In this document: in pieces, positions 51,750-64,000 of the stretch | Layout of the letters: each line of letters begins with the position of its first letter | Numbering within the stretch: the stretch's first letter is position 1 | From: Octopus vulgaris | Taxonomy: Eukaryota | Direction: 5' to 3' | Length of the DNA stretch: 64,000 nucleotides | Assembly (NCBI GenBank): GCA_951406725.2 | Contig: OX597818.1 | Location: forward strand, 120,342,001-120,406,000 | Program-made: the position numbers and the translations under genes | Notes under the pieces: model-generated | What the model was told of the DNA's origin: nothing | The model's database searches: none | What the model saw: the letters and a program-made list of their open reading frames with translations, nothing else

Positions 51750-51957
51750 AACCATATTTCTGTTGAGATGCTCTGTGTTTCTTTCAATTACTTTAAATAT
51801 AGTAAAGAATTTAGTAAAATAACTTTATCATTAAGCTAGTGTTAGGAACATAAATTGTGACGAAGGTTTGGTGGAAAATTTTAGTTCAAAACTTATGAAA
51901 ACAAGACATTTGTACTCAGAACCAGAGGTGGTTTCAGCCAGGTTAATAACGAAAGGG
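51750..51957 (-). mobile_element. piggyBac-like MITE family 1
   Basis: Body homology; one intact end AACGAAAGGG|TTAA. Confidence 0.78.
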
Positions 51958-52453
51958 TTAAAGTAATCTAAACTGAAACCATGCTTCAAAATTTCATGTT
52001 AATTTTTGCTCCAAGCACCCACTTAATAATAATGACAAAATTCTTTACTATTTTGTAAATTAATGTTAAATTCTTTATTATTTTAGAAATAATTGAAACA
52101 AAGTCAGTGTAATCCAACAGAAATATGATAAACAAATGTTGGCTAAAGCTGTTTGAGGATCTCTGTTAGCAGTCTTGTTCCCTCATTCCTCAAAGAGTTG
52201 TCAATGCTGGCTAGTTCACTTTCACCATTGGACCCTGTTCATATCCAAGTTGGCAACTTTATTAAATTGAATATTGCATCTGGTTAGAATAGATGAATGC
52301 CATTTACTTGTGAGGTGTATTTATCTTTCGCATGGCTCCACAGACATAACCTTTTTTGTCTTATATAATACTCCATCTCCAAAGTAATCCAAAATGTTGT
52401 GATCCTGTTTTGTTGATCAACAGCCTCTTCTAATTTCCCTAGCTACATTATAC

Positions 52454-52850
52454 GGATCTTTTCGCTTTGACTGGCAGATTTTTAAAATATTTTCTTTGTA
52501 ACTAAGCACTTTTAAACTTCGTATACTGGTAGAATGTGTTTATAAAGCATCTTTTTCTCTTGGCTTTCTTGAGAAAATTCTGTAGTTTGTAAGCTATTTG
52601 TTGTTTAATTTCTTGCATTTTGGCAATTTCAACCAACCAATGACGTCTATTGAGGTGAATACAATCTCCGAATTTTTGTCAACAACAATTATTTGCAGTG
52701 TCATATGAATTTGTCACTGTTATTTATGAGAAAAAAGATACCTTGTGGCCATAAACTGAGGGGGGTCACTCGTAAACAGAGCTAGATAACAAAACCGTTC
52801 CCTCTTTAGTGTCCACCCATAATTATGACCCGGTCAAAGCGAACAGATCC
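52454..52850 (+). mobile_element. Merlin-like MITE, variant subfamily without telomeric repeats
   Basis: GGATCTTTTCGCTTTGAC..GTCAAAGCGAACAGATCC; perfect TSD CATTATAC. Confidence 0.88.
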
Positions 52851-53447
52851 CATTATACTATTCTTTATAACTAGATATCTTCTCCCAGTGGGAAAGCTTC
52901 TGTGTGGTTGTATAAGTCGATGAAAGAACCATTTAAATCTCTTTCAATTCAAGCTCTACAGTTTTAAAAAATCAGAAAGATGTGTTGGATAATATTGTTC
53001 TAAATATACAAACTTTGGGATGATCCCATCTGGGATACTTTCGACAATGGGTCTACTTGGTTAGGGTTGACTTGAGATTGAACAAAAACTGTTTATAATG
53101 ATAGAAAGAAGACAGCACTTTGGTGAGAGGAAGAATATTTTATATTTAATAAAATTATTTGGCAGCAAATTTGATTGCGCTCCAATTAACTCCAATATTC
53201 CCATGTTAATGCTATTTCTTTCCCTATCTTATCAAAACCTCTATAGTTCAACATGGAATTTTTTGTAGGGAAAAATTGTTATAGTTCCACTTGAGAAGCT
53301 ATTCTGAACAAATTATGCATATATATTTGAGGTCAGTTTGCAAGCACAACATTTGAGCTTGTGCCAATAATGTCACCTCGTTTAACCCTTTTGATACTAA
53401 CCTGCCTTTAGACTGCCTTAGTTCTATGATACAAACTTCCTGCTTAA

Positions 53448-53665
53448 CCCTTTAGCATTCAGATTATTCTGTCAAATGTAATGCTTATTTATTCACAGTT
53501 TTGAATTAATTATGCATTATCTCATAGCATTGAGATTGTAATGATGTAATTGCTTATTTTTAGAATGACATTGCAGCATAGGTGTGAGAAGTCAGATCTG
53601 GCATGTTTGAACAATAAACAGATAGAATATTTGGGCCAGATATGGCCGGTTTAAATACTAAAGAG
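53448..53665 (+). mobile_element. piggyBac-like MITE family 2 nested in an older family-1-like MITE (53386-~54390)
   Basis: TTAA|CCCTTTAGCATT..AATACTAAAGAG|TTAA. Confidence 0.8.
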
Positions 53666-53711
53666 TTAAAGTGATCTGAATTAAACTTGTCAAAATTTCA
53701 TGCTAGTTTAA

Positions 53712-54285
53712 CACTCTAACATTCAGATTATTTTGTGAAATCTAATGCTTATTTATTCATTGTTTTGAATTAACCAGGTACTAGCACTGTGACCCAGCAA
53801 TGCCAGGTCATAGTGCTAGTGCATGCATATACAGCTGCATGCGTGTGCACATATATGCGAGTACTGTCCAAATCTCTGACTAATCACATACAGCTAGCTG
53901 GCATTCAATTGGCGTATCAAGTTTTGGGCATTTTGATTGGGTTTTGGATCAAAAATTCACAAAAAAGTCACTTCTATTGATTTTTTAATGGCTTTGTGGG
54001 ATGACTGGGGAAATGTAAAGATGTGCATGACCACCCTTGGACGGTTTTGAATGACCATAGAAAGTGTGAGCCCTTTAACGGAAAAATTGTGGATTTGTAT
54101 AAAGGGCATGCACACAGACATTTTGCCGTTTATATATATATAGAGATTATCTTGTTGCTTTGAGATTTTGATATGATTTATTTTTACTATGGCATTGTAG
54201 AGTCGGTGTGAGAGACTAAATCTGGCCTGTTTGAACATGAAACAAAATATTTCAGCCAGGTATGGTCGGTTTAAATGCTAAAGGG
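53712..54285 (+). mobile_element. piggyBac-like MITE family 2 interrupted by a Helitron
   Basis: TTAA flanks; the two halves rejoin to match 53448-53665. Confidence 0.8.
53781..54146 (-). mobile_element. Non-autonomous Helitron
   Basis: Minus strand 5' TCTCTATATA.., 3' palindrome ACTAGCACTATGACC..GGTCACAGTGCTAG, A^T insertion, no TSD relative to the empty site near 53516. Confidence 0.88.
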
Positions 54286-54470
54286 TTAAGTTCCATACAC
54301 CAGCTTAAGAAAGAGTTATTTTACTAAATATTTAATTTTCAAAATGCAGTGTATTTTGTTATATCTCAGAGTCAGTATGGCAATAATAAACACACGGATG
54401 GATTCTATTTCACTTTACTTAGTCAGTTGGTTAATCATTTAACCAATTAACTCATTGATTATTTCATTAA

Positions 54471-54689
54471 CCCTTTCGTTACCGTATTTATTTTGAGATG
54501 CTCTGTGTTCCTTTCAATTAATTTTAAATATAACAAAGCATTTCATAAAATAACTTAGTTATCATTAAGCTAGTATTAGGAACCTAAATTGTGACAAAAG
54601 TTTGGAAGATTTTAATTCAGAACCTATGAAAAGAAGACTTTTGTATTACAGAACCAGAGGCTGTTTCAGCTGGGTTGGTATCGGAAGGG
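54471..54689 (-). mobile_element. piggyBac-like MITE family 1
   Basis: TTAA|CCCTTTCGTTACC..GGTATCGGAAGGG|TTAA. Confidence 0.88.
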
Positions 54690-56119
54690 TTAATCACTTG
54701 GCCAATTAATCAATCAGCTGTGTTTGTCAGTCTTTTCATCATCATTTGAAACCTCATCAATGGCATGAACTCTCTACTCTAGATCTTTTTCAGGTTGATC
54801 TCTTCCACAGATATATGGTAAACAAGAGTTAGCTCAATCTGCTAGAGATAGCAGTCAAATTTTCTTCAAATTACTCATTATTGTCTTAAAAGGAAGAACA
54901 TATTCAATAAGGAATTTCTAAATACAGTGTCTGTCAGTTAAAACTTGGGATAGTCATAACTGAAGCACCTTTGATCACAGGTACACTCAGTCACAGCTAA
55001 CTTTGTGCCAAATAACCTCTACTACTTCAGGTGTGTTTTATTTCTCGTAGCTTCAAGGAAAATTTATCTACAGCTGATAATGTACACATTAGGTGACTGT
55101 CCTGTTTCCCCAGTCTTTAGTTTCACAAATATATTTTTCTATGTTTCTTTATTCTCTTTATTAAACGACGTAGGCTGTTGACGTTTATTTGACCTGTTGT
55201 TGCTACACTTGTGTTAAGGTGTGTGAATAAAGATATTTATAGATAGATAATCAACTGTCTTCAACAAGGTGGTTCACACACATTCAGGTACGCACATGTA
55301 CACCTATACATACAAACACATGTGCATGCACATGTAAGCATGTATACATAGGATACATTTTTTAAATTAAATTTATCAAAATAAAATTATAGGTGAAGGT
55401 TGTTGATTTCTCTGTTTTGCTCTAACTCAGCCATAACTAAATATTTTGATCAAAAGCATTCCAGCCATAACTACCCTACCTTCTTTTTTGAGGCACCTTA
55501 TTCATTTTGAAGTACATTATTAGATTTTTCCATCTGCTTTTTTTGTTTTTTTTTGTAGTGGTATTTTATGATTTTTAAGAGTGATTTGGCAGCTAAAAGT
55601 TCCCTCATTGGCTGATGGCTGGAGGTGTTTGTTGCTTAATGACTTTTAATGAAGAGGTCTTTCATCAGGCTTAATTATTTCAACACCAGCAAATTTAGAG
55701 ATAGGGGTTAAATTGATTACATCTACACCAGAGCTCAGCTAGTACTTAATTTACCTACCCTGAATGAATGAAAAGCAAAATAAATCTCAGCAGAATTTGA
55801 ACTCAGAGTGTAGCAATACTGCTAAGCATTTTGGTTATATACTAATGATTCTGCTTTCATCAGACAAAATACCTATGCCAATCTCATTATATTTTGGAAT
55901 ATCTTTTATCATTGGACTTGCAGCTATGCTGTGGTACTGCCTTGAAGGGTTAAGTGGGACAAATTAACCCCACCGCTTATTTTTTTTTAAGCTTGGTCCT
56001 TTTCTATCTGTCTCTTTTGCTGGATCCCTAATTTACAAGGACACAAACAAATCGGCACCAATTGTCAAGCAGTGATGGTGGGGGTACACCCACACACAAT
56101 CCCCACCCCCATGCACACA

Positions 56120-56272
56120 CACTAGCACAGCTAGTGTGTGTTGCCAGGATGCTAGTCCCGTTTGCCACCCCCGGACAGATATTGTTTACAGTAGACCCAA
56201 AGATGTTGCCCTTTTTTAAAATTGCCACCTGGGGCAGACCGCCCCTACCACCCCCACCTAGCTACGCTAGTG
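56120..56272. mobile_element. Small GC-rich MITE (same family as 7596-7731) inside a decayed SINE family 2
   Basis: TIR cactagcacagctag / ctagctacgctagtg; shared gacccaaa and ggggc(g/a)gacc. Confidence 0.65.
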
Positions 56273-59157
56273 CACACACACAAAAGGGAGTTTTTTCAGT
56301 TTCAGTTGCTAAATCTATTCACAAGGTTTTGGTTAGCCCAGAGTTATAGATGAAAGCCCTTTACTAAGGCTCCACTCCATGGTCTTAAGTTCAGTTCCTG
56401 TGCAGTACCTTGGACAAGTGTCTTTCACTATAGCTCCGGGCTGGTCAAAGACATTTGAATGGAATAACTAAATTCTTCAATAGGCCTTTGTTTTCAAAAC
56501 AGTAAGGTGTGATTGGATGGAGATCTTACTTTCTATTTTTAGCAAGTTGAGCAATCATGTAAAGGTTCAACCATTGACATGCAAAGGTGTGGGGGAGGTG
56601 TAGTAACGTCTATGAGGATAAAAGGTGTTTGAGTTTTAAAAAGGAGTTAATTAACATGTTGCACCGTTAACAATCTTATCTTGATTGTATTCTGTTGGAA
56701 CTGCCAACTTTGCTGAATTTGAATATTGTCAGCAGTAGAATATTGTTTCCATTGTGTCCCCACTCCTCTTAAATTTTGGCAGTGGTGAAGAGGGATCTTC
56801 CATTAACCCCTCCTCCCTTGCCATCTCCCCTCTAAATATCAATAATTAGTGAAAAATCTTTTGCTGTAAAAGAATTATGAAAGTAGATGATTGTTTGCCA
56901 AGTTGCCTTCTCTCTCAGTTTATAAAAGATAAGCTATCAGAGTAAATAGGTAAATGGAATGACGAATATGAACATTATTATTATCTTTATGGACATATTG
57001 TAAACCGAATTTTACAGGCATGTATAAGCTTTTATTAAACCAGCTGCTCTAATATACATGTTAGCATTCTATATTAAATTTTAATAGTACACTTTGATCT
57101 TAGCGAAAAGGCTGAGAAGCAATATTAAATATTAATAGTAATAATGTTAGTCACATTTTAAGGCACAAAAATACATGCATGCACATACTTTGAGGTAGAA
57201 ACACAATGGGCAAACAATATTTGCTGCAGAAATGCATACATACTGCAAATGATATACACAAGCATATGCTTCTGTTTGTGTGTAGTATTTTTAGACTGGG
57301 TATAAAATCACTTTATAAAAAGTGGCAATAATGGTAATTGCTTTTGTCATCATCATCATCGTTGTTTTAATGTCCGACTTTTTTCATTGTGTATGGGTTG
57401 GATGGAATTTATTGAAGAAGGTTTGTCCACAGCCGGATGCCTGTACTGTCACTAACCCTCACCTGTTTCCAAGTAAGAGGATATTTCTTCATGGCCAGAC
57501 ATATTTTCGTGGAAGATTGGAAGCAAAGGACAATGGTCACCAAATACTACTTGCATGACTGGACACTTGTGTGTGCATGCATATGCATGTGTGCGCACAC
57601 TCACACTCACTCACTCACTCTCTCTCTCTCACACACACACATACACACAATGGGTTTCTTTCAGTTTCTATCTGCCAAATCCACTTACAAGTTGGGCATG
57701 TGAGGAAAATATCTTCTGCTATAGCCCCTGGCTGACCAGTGCCTTGCAAGTGAATCTGGTGAATGGAAACTATGAAAGCCCATTGTATATACGTGTGTAT
57801 ATGTGTGTTTGTTGCCCTCCAAGGGGCCTGACAATTGGCATTGGTTTGTTTACCTCCTTTAACATTAGCAGTTTTGTATAAGAGATCAATATGTACCAGA
57901 CTAAAAAAACGTAAGTGCTGGGTTTGATTTGTTTGACTAAAACCATTCGAGATGGTGCTCCAGCATGGCTGCAGTCCAATGACTGAAACAAGTAAAAGAT
58001 AAAAGATTGGATAGTTCTGTCCTGGATATACAAAAAGATTGGCTGTGAAGGCTCACAATTTCAATACTGAAGAAAGGTAAACACACACACATGCACATTC
58101 ACCCTTGTATGCATACACATGTTTCTGGGTGTGTATACCCTGTATATGGCAGGCTTCCTACATTTTCCATATGCCAATTCCACTTACAAGGCCTTGGTCA
58201 AACCAAGGCCGTAGTTGAAGACGCTTGCCCTTGGTGCCATGCATGTCTCAAATGTCCAATTTGTCCCTATCTTCCAAGTCAGTTATTTTGAGCATGTTGA
58301 GTAACCATATTGAGACACCTTGTCTACTTCTCTCTTTTAGTACTTGTTTTATCAACAGGTAATTATTTCAACAATTCTGGATTGATAAGGTAAACTGGAT
58401 CTGGGTGAGGATTTGAACTCAAAATGTTAAAGGGTTTACTTAATACCTCAAAGTATTTTTCGCCTACTGCTCTACCAATTTTGCTATCAATCTGCCTTCT
58501 GAAGATCTCCACAAAAAAGGTAAAATAAATGAATGAATAAATAAATGGCAAGCCACTTTTAAAAACATGTTTCTCTAATTTATTATCTATTGTCACATGA
58601 TAACCTCATATTCTTCACTTTGTTCTAATTTACAACTTCTGTCATGAGATATTTATCTCATTGCTGTCAGATGCACTAATATTAAGGACAGTCAAGGTGA
58701 CCCTAAAACTTGCCCTCCTTTGATGATACCCCATGTAAAATTGCTAATTGTAATGTTTATAGAGGATTGGAATCATTGAAGGAGTAGCCTTAATATGCAA
58801 GAAATAGCAGCTACACCTCCATCAAGGCACATCTTACTGTTTTTTTTCCTCAAAATAAAAAGGATGGACTATATTGGATAAAAGTAGTTGGGTACAGATT
58901 GTCTGAAATGACAGTCATATCTGGAATGTTTTCAAATCATAGGTCTGTTGGATCATGGTTGACCTGAGGCTAAACATCTTGTGATTTTCAGTGACCTATC
59001 TCTTATCTGTTTTAATTCACCTCCAGTAATCGCAAAAACATCTGTTTGGCAAAAGAGATGATAATGTTAACCATACTTCCAAAGCAATGCACTGCCTTTC
59101 GAAAATAGTGAGGAATTTAGTAAATGCTGTTCTTGAGGAGACCTATTGAGTCTGTTT

Positions 59158-59485
59158 TAATCTGTTTTAGGGTTAGTTAGGGTTAGGGGTGGGAGAAGAG
59201 TATCTTTTTTTCTTCAGAAATGTAAATAAACCCAATCTGTTTCTTAAACGAGGGACATATTCATATGGCACAGAATGTTTTCACCTCAATGGACATCATT
59301 GATTGGTTGAAATTGAAGAAATTGAAGATAAAAAACAACAAATATCTTACAAACTATAGAATTTTCTCAATAAAGCCAAGAGAAAAAGATGTTTTATAAG
59401 CACATTCTACCAGTATAGGAAGTTTAAAAGTGTTTAGTTATGTGGAAATTATTTAAAAAAACTGCCGGTCAAACCAAGAAGATCC
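59158..59485 (-). mobile_element. Merlin-like MITE truncated just beyond its TTAGGG tract
   Basis: Reverse complement of the left ~330 bp of the family; one TIR. Confidence 0.85.
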
Positions 59486-60311
59486 CTATTCCAGTCATGT
59501 CATCTTAGATGCAGCACCTTGGGCATAAGTCTTCTACTATAGCCTCAGCCTGACTAATTCCTTGGGAGTGGATTTGGTAGATGAGCACCCTTGTCTAGTC
59601 ATCATGATAGAAATGAGATTGTTTATTTCCAGTCTATTGTGAAAAATGTTTCTAGCAATATCCCCTTGTATAGAAACAGTTGAGGTTTGGCAACAGCTAG
59701 GGCATCTGACTGTACAGAATCTGTCTCAACAAATTCCATCTGATCCTTGCAAACATGGATAAGAGGATGTTAAATGATGATGATGATTAGTTAAGAGGTA
59801 GTTGAAGTGGTCAGTCAACAACTACACTTTCTCTCACGTCATACAATTTCTACTCTACTTGCTCTACCAATCCATACTACTTACACCATCCTACTCTGGC
59901 TTCTCTCTCTCTTTCACTTTACATCCACTTATCGGCATTATTCCACTTTATCTCTCAATTTCCTCATTTTACAGTTTGGCTTCCTAAAAGACTACAAATG
60001 TTTGATTTCGTTTTTACTTCAAAATATAAAACGTATTCTGCTGCTTGAATTAAATTTTTTTTATTTCTATAAATTTATCATACAGGGCAAAAAAAGATTG
60101 GATTAATCAAATTAATGTTATGAAATTGAAAAAATGAACCCATTTCATTACATTTTATACTGATTTGGTGTGTTAGTGTATTCTTAGTGACTCATTCTCT
60201 AACAACTCAATAATCCAACTCCACAACTTTGGCGTGGACAATGTGCCACCTTAGCTGTGGGCAACTGTCACAAATGTGAGGTTAAACTAAGTTGATGAAT
60301 CAGTTTATTAA

Positions 60312-60533
60312 CCCTTTCGTTACCAACCCAGCTGGAACCGCCTCTGGCTCTGTGGTACAAATGTCTTGTTTTCTTAAGTTCTGAATTAAAATCTTCCACC
60401 AAACCTTAGTCACAATTTATGTTCCTAACACTAGCTGAATGATAACTAAGTTATTTTACTAAATTCTTGGTTATATTTAAAATTAATTGTAAGAAACACA
60501 GAGTATCTCAAAATAAATACGGTAACGAAAGGG
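60312..60533 (+). mobile_element. piggyBac-like MITE family 1 (best preserved)
   Basis: TTAA|CCCTTTCGTTACC..GGTAACGAAAGGG|TTAA, perfect 13-bp TIR. Confidence 0.92.
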
Positions 60534-61627
60534 TTAATGTCTTAACTGTGTATCTTAGCAACCACAGCAAGGTTTGAAACAAAAAGTATAGTGACAGTTA
60601 TGATTTGTTGTCTGTAGAAAATATAGGGTTATCATGTGACTTCATTGTAATGATGTTTAGCACTTTGATAGCATCAGATAACAGGATTTGCTTGAATGTG
60701 CAATAAATTTCATGTGTGATTCGTCTGTTGTTATTGACTAGGCTATATTGTAAATTACATTAACGATACTGAATTGACAGAATTGGTAGAATGGTGGATA
60801 GAATATCTTCTACTTAGTAATGTATCTTTGTTCTGAGATCAAGTCTTGGTGAGTTCAATGTTGTTGTTCATGGCTGTATGGTAAAAAGTTTGCTTTCCAA
60901 CCATATGGTTCCAGGCATCATGGGCAAGTGTCTTCTACTATAGCTGTGGTCCGACCAAAGCCTTGTGAGTGGATTTGGTAGATAGAAACTGAAAGAAGTC
61001 TGTCATATATATATATCTGTGGTATGTGTGTTATAGTGTCTGTCCCCTACCACGATTTAACAACTGGTGTTAGTTTGTTTACATTCCTTGTAACTGAGCA
61101 GTTTGGCAAAGGAGTACCAGATTTAAAAAAAAATAAGGTAAATTTAATTACCATCTCACTCCCATTCAAAAAAAAAATCATGAGGCCTTACAAGTTATTA
61201 TATAATTGGTAGAAAAGCCTTTGTTTCTCCTAGTTATTGACAGAATTAAATAGGAATATGGAGTAAAAATATTTTACATTTCCTGACAAGGCTTAGCCAA
61301 ACATAACCATAGAGATGAATACAGCTGTTCTTCAGATGTGGTAGAGAGCTTTTAATGTGTTATAACTGTAAAAGACAGAATGAAGTAGGAATTTCTTATG
61401 TTGCCCAGACATATCTTTTGCATATGTCCATTAGCCTATCCATGTCACCATACACTTGTAGCTGAGCCAATGCAGTTGTATGTAAGTCCAAGTGTCTAAT
61501 TTATACATCTGTACTCACTCTTCTACAAATATATCATATTTTAATGTGTATAAGGAACCCTTTTTTGTCAAAAATTAGGTCAAAAAAGTATGGGAGCTTC
61601 TTGTACATGAATAGTATTATAATCCCT

Positions 61628-62038
61628 TGAGTGGCTGTGTGGTAAGTAGCTTGCTTACGAACCACATGGTTCCGGGTTCAGTCCCACTGTGTGGCACCTT
61701 TGGCAAGTGTTTTCTATTATAGCCTTGGGCTGACCAAAGCCTTGTGAGTGGACTCGGAATACGGAAACTAAAAGAAGCCTGTCGTATATATGTGTATATA
61801 TATATATATATATATGTGTGTGTATATGTTTGTGTGTCTGTGTTTGACCCCCCAACATCACTTGACAACCAATGCTGGTGTGTTTACGTCCACGTAACTT
61901 AGCGGTTTGACAAAAGAGACCGATAGAATAAGTACTAGGCTTACAAAGAATAAGTTCTGGGGTCAATTTGCTCAACTAACGGTGGTGCTCCAGCATGGCC
62001 ACAGTCAAATGACTGAAACAAGTAAAAGAGTAAAAGAA
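61628..62038 (+). mobile_element. SINE family 2, full length, CpG-decayed
   Basis: Homology to 24934-25425. Confidence 0.88.
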
Positions 62039-62864
62039 TAAACCCATTCAGGTCCTATGTGTAATGTTGAGTTTATGTTACATGCTTTAATGCACTTTGT
62101 TTTCTGAATTTGTGCTACCAAAATTGGCATGCATCTAAATATTCACACGCTTCTTATGTTCCATCAAATACATTACACCCACCTTTTCTTTCTTTTGTTA
62201 ACATATAATGAAGGAGTGAGCCTTGGCTGTTGTTTTTAGCAGGTCAAGTGACCTCTTAGATATTCTTTTATTGGCTTGACATGGTATAAGTTATATATCT
62301 CACTGCATAATGATTGAGCATGCAATGCATGGTATAGTGCAAAGTGATGCATTGCATAGCTTATTGGAATATGCAATGATATATTGACAAAGATGGTGAT
62401 CCATATATTGGAAATAAGATTAAATATTCAGCAAATTCCTCAGTCATTTGTCAGCCAATAAATGTGTATTTCAGTGTATGAAGTGTATACTATGACTCAG
62501 CTAAGACCAACAAGGGAATAGAAATATCAAATGTTTCTCTTTTTACATTTCTGATACCACTTCTCCGGCTGTATTAATGCAGATTATTGCATGAGCTTTA
62601 TTGGACTATATTTACTTGAAGTGTCAATATAACAAACTGCTGACATTAAAGATAATCTATTAAATGCTAATAAATGTTACATGAAGATGTCCTTCCTTGT
62701 CCTCCTCTTCCTCCTCCTCCTCACTAATTCACCCACTTGGCACGCTCGTCGAGCTTTCATTTTGGAATGCTAACTTTGTATCCCACGCACCCATCCGTCT
62801 GATCTTTCCTCCCCAGCATGTTGACCCTAAGGAATTAACCTCCCATATGTTTATTTTAGCCATT

Positions 62865-62909
<45 letters not shown>

Positions 62910-63116
62910 TCATCGTTTAACGTCCGCTTTCCATGATAGCGTGGGTTGGATGATTTGACTGAGGACTGGCGAACCAGATGGCTGCACCAAGCTCCAATCT
63001 TGATCTGGCAGAGTTTCTACAGCTGGATGCCCTTCCTAACACCAACCACATATATTCACACGAGGATATAGCACAAGAAATGTATTGATATGACGCTCGG
63101 AGGAAGAGAGTTGTTG

Positions 63117-63149
63117 TTTTACATTTCGAGCATAGCTCTTCATCGGAAA
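63117..63149 (-). ncRNA. Degenerate minimal hammerhead motif in a pLTR-like fragment
   Basis: UUU-CCGAUGA-A-GAGC UAU GCUC-GAAA-UG-UA-AAA; U4 and stem III mutated. Confidence 0.4.
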
Positions 63150-63203
63150 TAGGAAAAAAAAGGAAGTTGGAGGGAAAATTGCTAACACTCCATGTGTGGT
63201 TAC

Positions 63204-63252
<49 letters not shown>

Positions 63253-63769
63253 CATACACACACATGATTAGCTTCGACATAGTTTCCATCGCTCAAACTC
63301 ACTCTCAAGGCACTGGTTGTCATGGGGCGGTGATAGAAGACACTTGCACATAGTGTCACACAGTGAGACTGAGCAGTAACCATTTCCAGTCCACCAGTCT
63401 TGGAAGGTCTGCAAAAATCTTGGCCCCTGCACCTTTTGCTTTATCCACTAAGACATTCAAATGAGGGGTCCTCTACATAGTTGTTGGCCTACTAGAAATA
63501 ACAGCCAAATTTGCCACCACATTACATTTTAAATGTCCAGTATGTTCTGCTTTTCTCCAGGTAGTAAATGTAAAAACATGTGTATCTTTATACTGGTGTT
63601 TTTTTATGCATGCACATTCTTGTGTGGATATCTGTATGCTTGTATTCATGCATTTTGGTGCATTTGCTGGTGTGCATGGGTGCATGATATACTGGTGCTT
63701 GATTTCTTGAACTGATTTCCTGGGTTGATAGAGTTTGTACAGAATCTTTTAGAATGAACAGTACCTATT

Positions 63770-64000
63770 TCTTATTTCTTTATTGCCCACAAGGGGTTAA
63801 ACATAGAGGGGACAAACAAGTACAGACAAACAGATTAAGTCAATTACATCGACCCCAGTGCGTCACTGGTACTTAATTTATCAACCCCGAAAGGATGAAT
63901 GGCAAAGTCAACCTCGGCGGAATTTGAACTCAGAACGCAGCGGCGGACGAAATACCACAAAGCATTTCACCCGGCATGCTAACGTCTCTGCCAGCTCGCC
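63770..64000 (-). mobile_element. SINE family 1, tail type B (Tx1-like)
   Basis: Minus tail ..tctatgtttaaccccttgtgggcaataaagaaataag. Confidence 0.88.

Noticed and set aside
63533-63715. Cys-rich hydrophobic ORF after a ttttctccag acceptor-like site, considered as tweety exon 2
   Set aside because: The phase-0 translation has no Tweety TM1 pattern; it looks like a decayed TG-rich repeat

Overview
AT-rich, repeat-saturated animal DNA. The SINE, MITE and LINE families resemble those of coleoid cephalopods (Octopus-like; inferred, not searched). Most ORF-track entries are microsatellite artefacts. One host coding exon is recognisable: the first coding exon of a Tweety (TTYH) homolog at 34179-34310 (+), ending in a phase-0 GTAAGT donor. 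No second exon was found, so the rest of the window appears to be its intron 1, where repeat copies show increasing CpG decay. The remainder is decayed mobile DNA: R4/Dong-like REL-LINEs in trinucleotide arrays, a Tx1/L1-clade LINE, RTE, HERO-like, Penelope-like, Jockey/CR1-like and mariner/Tc1 relics, several tRNA-derived SINE families, Merlin-like MITEs (8-bp TSD) carrying telomeric repeats, piggyBac-like TTAA MITEs, non-autonomous Helitrons and an 814-bp foldback element. The most notable unannotated signal is a set of minimal type I hammerhead-ribozyme motifs in short Penelope-pLTR-like repeats (13.5, 20.3-21.5 and 63.1 kb), one pair showing compensatory stem changes. A SINE subfamily also shares its 3' tail with the Tx1 LINE. 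All calls were made by eye, with no database searches, and boundaries of decayed elements are approximate.
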